Shown piece after piece: positions 48,701 to 57,700 of a stretch of DNA of 64,000 bases; position 1 is the stretch's first letter, and every line of letters begins with the position of its first letter. The notes below the pieces were generated by a model. It made no database searches. It worked only from the letters and a program-made list of their open reading frames with translations, and was not told the origin of the DNA. Where the stretch lies: contig CDPCPM010000037.1 of the NCBI GenBank assembly GCA_976551045.1, positions 15,004,001 through 15,068,000 on the forward strand, given 5' to 3'. The position numbers and the translations under genes were made by a program. This stretch comes from Glaucostegus cemiculus (Eukaryota).

Positions 48701-51700
48701 CAAAGTACACATCAAGAATGAACAGTCAGCTTCTGTTTGGAAATGAAAAAAAAACCCGCTTTAAAATTTGCCTGTAGCCCACAGTGATTGTGAAATTCAG
48801 TTTTGCGGTGTTAAAATTACGTTGTACGATAAATTTCATCTGAAGTTAAACAGTGTGCCCTTGTCCAAAAGGAACTGGAGAAAGAATATTTAAAATGCTT
48901 TTTAGATATTACTTCCCAAACCAGAGCTGTTGCATAATCTATTATTGGTACTCTATGTCCAACACAATTAATTTAAAGTGCCAAGTTTTATTGCCAAATC
49001 AGAAAAGGTCATACTGAAACTGTATTTTTTTTTTTAAATCCTCAGCTGGTCACACATTTTTTCTGGTAATCCATCAATTTCAAAATTGGGCAAAGGAGAA
49101 AGTCAGAATCATATTACAGCACAGAAACAGGCCCTTTGGCCTAACTCGTCCATGCTGAGCAAGTAGCCTAATTGAACTAGGCCCACTTGCCCGTGTTTGG
49201 CCCATAACCTTTCCTATCCACGTACCCATCTTGTCTTTTACCCATCTTAATTGTACCCCCCACTACTATGTCCCCTGGCAGCTCATCCCATATGTGTACC
49301 ACAAGGCTGCCCTTCAGATCCCTTTTAAATCTTTCCCCTCTTTCTTTAAATGTAGCCTCTCCAACATCTTGTACAGCTGCAACATGAAGGCCCAAGTCCT
49401 GTTCTCATCCTGACTGATGAAGTCAAGCATGCCAAATACTTTCTCCACCATCCTGTCTACCTGTGTCACCAAACATTATAATTGTACATGCCTCTACATC
49501 TTCTTCTGGCAGTTCCTTCCGCCCTGTACCTCAGATCCCTTTTAAATCTTTCCCCTCTCAGTTTAAATCTATATCCTCTAGTTTTAAGCTCCCCTACTCT
49601 GGGGGAAAAGATACAATCATAAAATAATCATCACAATGCATGATAAAAATCAATAGAGAAACCACTTTCCTAGCACATGCTCCACCCTCCACTCCTGCAC
49701 TAAGAATTAGTTCTTCCCAATCTTTCTGATCTCCATAACTTTCACTGATCCATCCACTCCCTACTGTCCTGATCGTTCCCTTCATTCTCCTCTGCTTGGC
49801 TCACCTCATTCCCCATCTGAATCTAATTTTGCCTTCTAAGTGTGCTCAACTCTAAGACCATACTTGGTTCTGACTCCCCAGCAGCAATACCATGGAAGAT
49901 CAAGTAATGAATTTAATTTATTTTTCTTCTGGGAGCATTTGGCTAAGACCAAGAAGTAAAGGGCAAAAGCAGAAGTTGAGGAATAGAGTGCAGCCAGCCT
50001 CATTTGACGAACCTAGGTTCATTTACACTGCAAACTTGGATGAACCAGCAAAATCACAGCTGTAAAAAAAAAAACTTCATTTTTTTCTAAGTGACTGACA
50101 GTCCAAGAATTAAGAATAAGGCTCCAAATAATAATGATAAATTGAATAATATTATGAAATGTATTCATTATATTTTGTTTGATTCTAGCAAGAATTAACT
50201 GGGGGAAAATAGATCTGATTTTACATATTAACAACAACTGTGGAAAAACATACAGACAATAAAGAGATTAATTTTGTTTCATTCAATAGTTTTTGTACCT
50301 TCAGCAGTAGAGGATATTTACAGATTCTTTGTATTGGAGTGAGCAAATAGCCTTCCAGCGGAATATCAGTGGTCTTCATTCCTCCCAATACCATGCAATT
50401 CTAAGTGAAATTAAAATTGTTAGGACAAGTACATTTTCTATTTAAAACAAACACCTTTGAATGACATATTCAGAAAGCGGCATCACAGGTAGACAGGATG
50501 GTGAAGGCAGTGTTTGGCATGCTGGCCTTCGTCAGTCAGGGCACTGAGTATAGGAGTTGGGATGTTATGTTGCAGTTGTACAAGATACTGGAAAGACCTG
50601 GAGTATTGTGAACAGCTTTAGTTACCCTAATAGGAAAGGCATCATTTAGCTTGAAAGAGTGCATAGAAATTTCTCAAGGACATTGCCAGGACTCAAAGGT
50701 CTGAGTTACAGGGAGGCTTGGACTTTATTGCTTGAAAACATTGGAGACTGAGGGGTGATCCTATCGAGCTGCATAAAAGCATGAGGAACATAGACTGGGT
50801 GAATGCACTGAGTCTTTTTACTAGAGAAAGGGAATCAAAAAATAGAGGTTTAAGATGAGAGAGGAACAATTTAAAAGGGAGTGGAGGGGCAAGTCATTCA
50901 CACAGAGGGTGGTGTGTATATGGAACAAGCTGCCAGAGGAAGTGGTTGGGGCAGGTACAATAACAACATTGCAAGGACAGTTGGATATATACATGGATAT
51001 AAAAGATTAAGTTTAGATATAGGAAGGATTATGTCCAGAGTAAGGATGAGCTACTTGGAATTTTTAAATATTTGAACTTTCCACAAACAAGACTATAGAA
51101 AAGAACCACATGTTATAGACATCCAAATGAATGAAGATTGATTACACCATCTTCATTTGCAAGCATTTCGACCAAACTCCTTCAAGGAAATGTAGTCTCC
51201 TGCATACAAATTGTATGGTTATAAAAATCTTTATTTGCTTCTAATTAGGTAACAATATTCAAAAGTTATTACTAATCAAATGCTGGCCTTGGACATAAAA
51301 GTGAAGAACTAGACAAAAGTTTGAAATATTTGATGCCTTTAACCAAGGTCTCAGAAAACTGGAGTAAAATAAAGCTAGTAATTTCATCTTTACTGGCTAA
51401 TTTAGTTTGTCTGCTGAATGACATTTATAGGAAAGGCAAAAAAACCAAAAAAAAACAGTCATTTCATCACATGCTGCAAATCTACTTCAACAAATACACA
51501 GACATACATCTTAATTTTTGTGTGATATCCCAAACATACCAAAAGCATAGCCCGCACTTCAGGTATTTTGTTCAATTCCATTAAAAGTCTCAAAGCCTTT
51601 TCGTGGTTGCTACAATATTCTTGATAGACGCAAAATCGATCTTTCTGCAACACAAAGATAATATACATACATAAATTCTGCACTGTGTTACCGTCAGCTT

Positions 51701-54700
51701 CGGATGAAGTGTATTTGGCAGAAGAGAGATATAGGAGGGAATGTATGGAAACAATTATTTAACAAGAAAAGCCAATGGGCAGTTAGAGAGACCAATGATC
51801 GAGATTACAGCATGTTACAAATTGGACAAGGATAAAGAGATTTTATTCAACTAGCCCTTTTCATTATCATGAGAACATCAACAGTAACTAGTCTGTACAA
51901 TAAAATATTTCACTTGGCAAAAATAACAAGAGATTTCAACAGCAAGTTATGATCATCTCATATGTCTTCTTGGAGAAACTAATGGAATTGTAGGAGAACT
52001 AGGGAAAAAAATTTTTCCAGGATTTTGGTGAAAGAGGAGGGAATTAATTAGACAGGATTTCAGAGTTGACACAAGGCCAAAGTTGCAAATGCTCTCATCC
52101 TGTGAGGTACAATTCATCTATCATCTCATCAACCCAAATTAGAATTGTATTTAGTAGTACATACTCAGATCTGTACATGAGCCGTGATGACAGTTCCTTT
52201 ATAAAACTGGCACTTTGGAAAAACTAGCAACATAGAGAAGGTAGCACTGTAATACAACATAAAACAGTTCCAATACCTCACAGAGAAATACAACATCTAA
52301 TGATTTGCTGCACCTTAATGAAATGCCATAATATGGAGGTCAATTATCACACATCACTTCTTCTGGACAAAATGAACCCAACCATGGAATATTACTTGAT
52401 CCAGAGCTGGAAATTAATTTACCATAGCTTCCATCTGGCTGTTGAAAACACATGGCACATAAAGATCCAGGGAAACAGGAAGGAAAATAATAATCCTTTG
52501 AAGTGCAGCACAGTTGCTTTTAAAGACAACTGTCATGACCAAGTGCATTTTTCATACAATTATGTCAACAAAAAATGTTCAGATTTCAGCACTACCTTTA
52601 AGTCCAATCCACATTTGGCAGCTGATAAAATAAACATGAACTTTTTATCCAAACCAATTTGACTCCACTTTAAACTACTCACATTGAAGTTAAATTAAAT
52701 TGAAGCAAATTTTGTTTCTATTGTTTGTGGCTCTGGAGTCCAAAAAGTATTTACTCTCCTGTGAATTACTCAAGTGTCCCCAGAAAATGGAGATCAAATT
52801 TGACCCTCTATTTCAAACAAGATTTAGTAAGTGCCAAGTCCCTGGAATATCTTTATGTGGTACAGTTATGGAGTAAAAATCTGTTAGGTTTTCCACTGGA
52901 GAGCTTCAAAGTACAACAGAAGGAATAAGTCTGTACAAGCAAGACTTACAGTGGAACTTCATCCTAAATTATGTAAAAGATTCGTCAATAGTCAAAGTAA
53001 TCTGATATTTAAAGGCAAAACTTCAAAGCACATGTCCATCTGTGGACTGGTCAAAAACCAGTTTCGTGATTTCTGCAAATTCATGTCAAGCTTTGAACTG
53101 ATGGAATACATTTTTCCCTCCAAACAAAATAGTAACTGAACAATTATGATTAAAGTTGCTGAGAGAGAAAAGGCCTTGCATGTGCAATAAAGCAATATTA
53201 AAACCTTACTTAGTTTATAATTGGCTGAATTAGCCAATTCTTGCAGGCAAAATAATTATCTTCGCCTACTGAGCTACCCTAGCTTTTGATCCCGTATTAG
53301 TTGTACTTCAGTGCTTTCGAAATCACAAATCTAAATCCTTGCCTCCCTAGCCAAGGGAAATATGATTTAACAGAAAACAAACTTTGCAAACCAAATCCAC
53401 AATGTATTTTATAATTCTAATTTCTTATTTAATTCCAGAAAAATCAACCAGACACATCAATGGTTCAGAGGATACAAGCACTTTCTTTAACATCACAATT
53501 TATTATATTTTAATATCCTTCCTCTTTTCAATTTCTCTATTAAACCTTAGAAGTTTCACATTGAGAAATCAACTGCCATTATCAATTATACTTGGTAAAA
53601 TGGCTACAATGAATTTATATCTACACGAGGAAAGGTGCTGAACACAAGGAAGAAAAATAAATCTGTCAGTTCTTAGTCTTGGATTAAACCCAATTTATTT
53701 GTATGAGATTAAGTAACTATTTCTACCAATTCAGTTTTTCATTATCAACACTATTACCAGTAGTTCATATATTTTTAGCTTGCACTGGGAAGGGGGAGTT
53801 GATTAGTTATTAATCATGGGCAAGCAAGTCACAAAGTAATAAGATGCATAATATTTCAAGCAATTTAAAATGGGGGCAAGGCTGAGAACCAAGCATTGAT
53901 ACAAATAACTAATGCAATATATAAACCAATGTCTGTTCCTCACATTCATAGTTCAGATTAATTTAAAAAGTATTTGCTTTGCAACTCCTTTCCTCAGGAT
54001 ACCTCATCATACTTCAAACTTGGCTAAGTCTTAATACTTCATATCCAAAAAACAAGTGGACAGACCCAACAATCAACCTAACAGTAATCAAGTCTAAATT
54101 GTATTATTTACATTAAAGCTTAAAAAGGTAATAGATGTCTTAGCAACAATAAAAGTAGTTAAGTCATCAGTGCTTGATGAGACATATCCTCGGCTGCTAC
54201 AGGAGGGAAGGGAGAAAATAGCTGGAGGCTGACTTAAATAGGTATTTAGATCATTACTGGCCAGAACTGAGGTGCCACATAAATGGAAGACGGCAAATAT
54301 GGTTCCTTATTCAAGGAAGGTAAGGAGGGATAATCTGTATAATTATGTCACTGAATGCAGGGAAATGGTAGGGAAATTACTGGAAAAAATTGAGGGACAG
54401 GATTAATTGACACTTGGAAAGGCAGAGATTGATCAGGAATCATTAGCATGGGCTTGTCGGTGGAAAATCCTGTATGACTCAAGTAATTAGAGGTTTTTTT
54501 TAACAGCTAACAAAATATATTGATGAGGGGAATATAGTTGATGTGCTTTACATGGACTTAGGCAAAAATCACAGATGAAAGGCTGGTCCAAAAGGATAGA
54601 GCCCATCAGATCCAAGGAAAATTGGATCCAAAATTGGCTTGATAATAGAAGACAGACAGTAATGGTGGAAGGTTGATTTTGTCATTGGAAACCTGTGACC

Positions 54701-57700
54701 AGTGGTGTACCACAGGGAACCATGATAGTTCCTTTTCAGTTTGTTATATACATGAATGAGTTTGACGCAAATGTAGGGAGTATGATTAGTATGTTTGCAG
54801 ATGTCTGAAATTGATGGCAGTGTTGATAGTGATACTTCTCCAGTAGCCTTAGGCTACATGACGCCATCAATCACCTCTGAACTTGGGCAGGGCAGCAGCA
54901 GCAGCAGATGGAACAAACTGATAAGTGCAAGATGATTTTTTTTTTTGCAGGGGTGGGGTGTCAAATAAGGGTAGGACATGTATCATGAATGATGGGTCTT
55001 AGGTGTCAAATCCAAAGATCATAACAGATGGACTTAGTGGTAAAGAAAGCACATGGGATGCTTGCCTTCATTATCTGGGGCAAAGAATATAACAGCAGAG
55101 AGGTTTTGGTACAACTTTATAAAACACTAGTTAGGCCACTGCAGGAATATTGCGTTAAGTTCTGGCCACCACACTGTAGGAAGGACACGATTATGTAGTA
55201 GAGTGTGCAGAGAAGATTCACCAGAATGTTGCTTGGGATAGAATGTTTTAGTTATGAGGAGACACTGGATAGGCTGGGCTTATTTTCCTTGGAGCAGAGC
55301 AAGGCAAGGTTTGAACTGACAGAGGTATGCAAAATTATGAGAGCATGGATTGGGGAGGTAATAAGAAACATTTTCCAATGGCAAAGTCGTCTAAGAAAAG
55401 AGCGCAGGCTTAAAGTGAAAGGATGAAGCTTAAAGGAGATCCAAGGAAGAATTTTTTCACCCAGAGGGTGGTTGCAATCTGGAATGCACTGCCGGAGAAG
55501 GTGATGGAAGCAGAAGCTCTCACAACATTTAAGAAGCATCTGGATAAGCATTGGAATTGCCAGGGCATAGTAGACTGCAGACTGATAAATAGGATTAATA
55601 CAAATAGATATTTTGTCAGCCTGGACATGGTGGACCAAAGGGCTTTCACTGTGCTCAGTGGTTCTATGACTATTTGTTCACTTCATGGATCAAAAGAACT
55701 AACGCAAATTGCAGGCACAAAATTATTTTCCAAGAGTCTGACTCCTCATAAAGTAACCATGTTTTTCCAATGTGTCAAGTTAAAATAATCCCTCAGTCAG
55801 ATTATCTGACATGTCTGGAGGACAGCATCAGGTGAGCTCCTGGGAAGACAGTGAATTGTTATGTAATACATTTCACGTCAGGGATAAACGAACAAAAAAT
55901 TTCTTGGGGTCTTCTGTCCCGATTCCCACTCAAGCTTTTATTTTCATGTCTGAATAAAGACAATATTCCACTCAATGTGAACATAGTACCCAATGACTAA
56001 CTATTACCTCAACTGATCAAAGCAAAGCACGAGAATCATGATCAAACTAACTGCTTATGGAAAAGTACTATTGGTTCATAGCCTCTGTGTCACGAGGACC
56101 ACAGGTTCTTGTTCCACTCTGGAGATCAGAGAACAAATATGCCAATAATTCAATCCAATTGGGAGGAAAAGATCTATTCCTGGAGGCTCAATCTTTTAGA
56201 TAAAATGTTAAACAAAGCCACCATCTGCCTTTTCAGATGACTTCACAAAGATCCCCAAAGTCAACTTGAATAGCAATTGTTCTTTCTTGTTATCCATCCC
56301 ACCTATGCTCCAACCACCAATGCTTAACTCATTGCTTAGTGCAACTTTTTACTGCTGACTTGACAGAAGTGACAGCATTTCAGAAACAATTCATGAGCTC
56401 CAGGTTAGTCTTTGGTAACATCAGAACACACTAAAGCATTTTACAGTTAAAGTCATGTGAAAAATGCACAAGGTCCCACAAAAAAGATGAAAAAATGAAC
56501 AAATTGTCAATTTGATGGTTCTAAGGGTTACAGATAGGCTGGAATTCATGGAGAACGCTAACTATTGTTTGAACACAGCTGTGAGACCTTTAATAGTCAC
56601 CTGAATGGGCCTCTATTTTAATGGATGCAAGTTGTCATTTTCCCTTTAGGGATGGCATAATGTCACAAAATTAGTGACTGCAGCCTTGTTTCAAACCACT
56701 GAGGTGAATGTTGATTATACAGCACGATTCTGTGGGGTTGCTGGTGGCTGGCTCAGAAAGAGTATTCAAAGCTCTTTGGGAAAATACAAGTCTAATCAGT
56801 TCAAAATTTACCAAGGAGAAACAACTTTTCTCCTCAACAGTTGTGCTTCTCAATGTGGATTTCAACATCTCAGATTTTCAAGATGTTACAAAAACATTCA
56901 TATGTTGAAATGGCAGAGAACTTTCTGGTTTCACTAACCAAATAACAGCTTTTGCAGATTCCCAAAGTCTAAATTCAGAACAGAAAAAAAAGAACTGCCA
57001 CATCTATGGGACTGAAGTCAAATTCAAAGAAAAATGAAATACCAATGAACTCTACTCACAAACTGAAGGAAGGTATTTCCAAGTTCATGTTGAGGTTGTG
57101 GTTCTGGTTGTAAACGGCACTCAAGAGCTTCAAGGAACATCATGTGGACATCAAGTATCTCTTCAATATTAGAAAACAAAATCTGAAAAAAAGAGCAGAA
57201 CCACAACCAGAAAATAAATCATGTTAAGCCATCAATCTGCTTTCAGGTGCATTCAGGAGAACACAAATTCATGAACAAACATTAAAGTACAGAGAAGCAT
57301 ATAATAATCCACCCCACTTCCTAGATTTGAAAGCCATTGGGAACAGCTGTAAAAGCTGGGAAGAACGCTCATCACACTGAGGAATGAAGAATCAACAACC
57401 ACAACTTGGGTCTGCTCCAAAAAAAGTACAAAATTCCTTGATTTTAAACCAAATCTTAATCACTCATTTTCATTGGGTATGTGCTCCTGATTTTACAGGT
57501 AAACCAGAATTAAACTTATTTATGATTATTATTGCCCCATTTCATGGTAATAGGAATGGGCAGAATTGTAACATTGCACAGAATTGTAAAGTTGCTGCAC
57601 ATAATCAAGATCACTACTTCAAACCATTCTGGCAAATGCTTCAGGAAACCTGACACCTCTCTATAAAGGAGCAAAGGGAGAAAGAAAAGGACAAGCACAG

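Noticed and set aside
54886-54907. (CAG)n run as a polyglutamine coding tract
   Set aside because: A short microsatellite inside a dead CR1.
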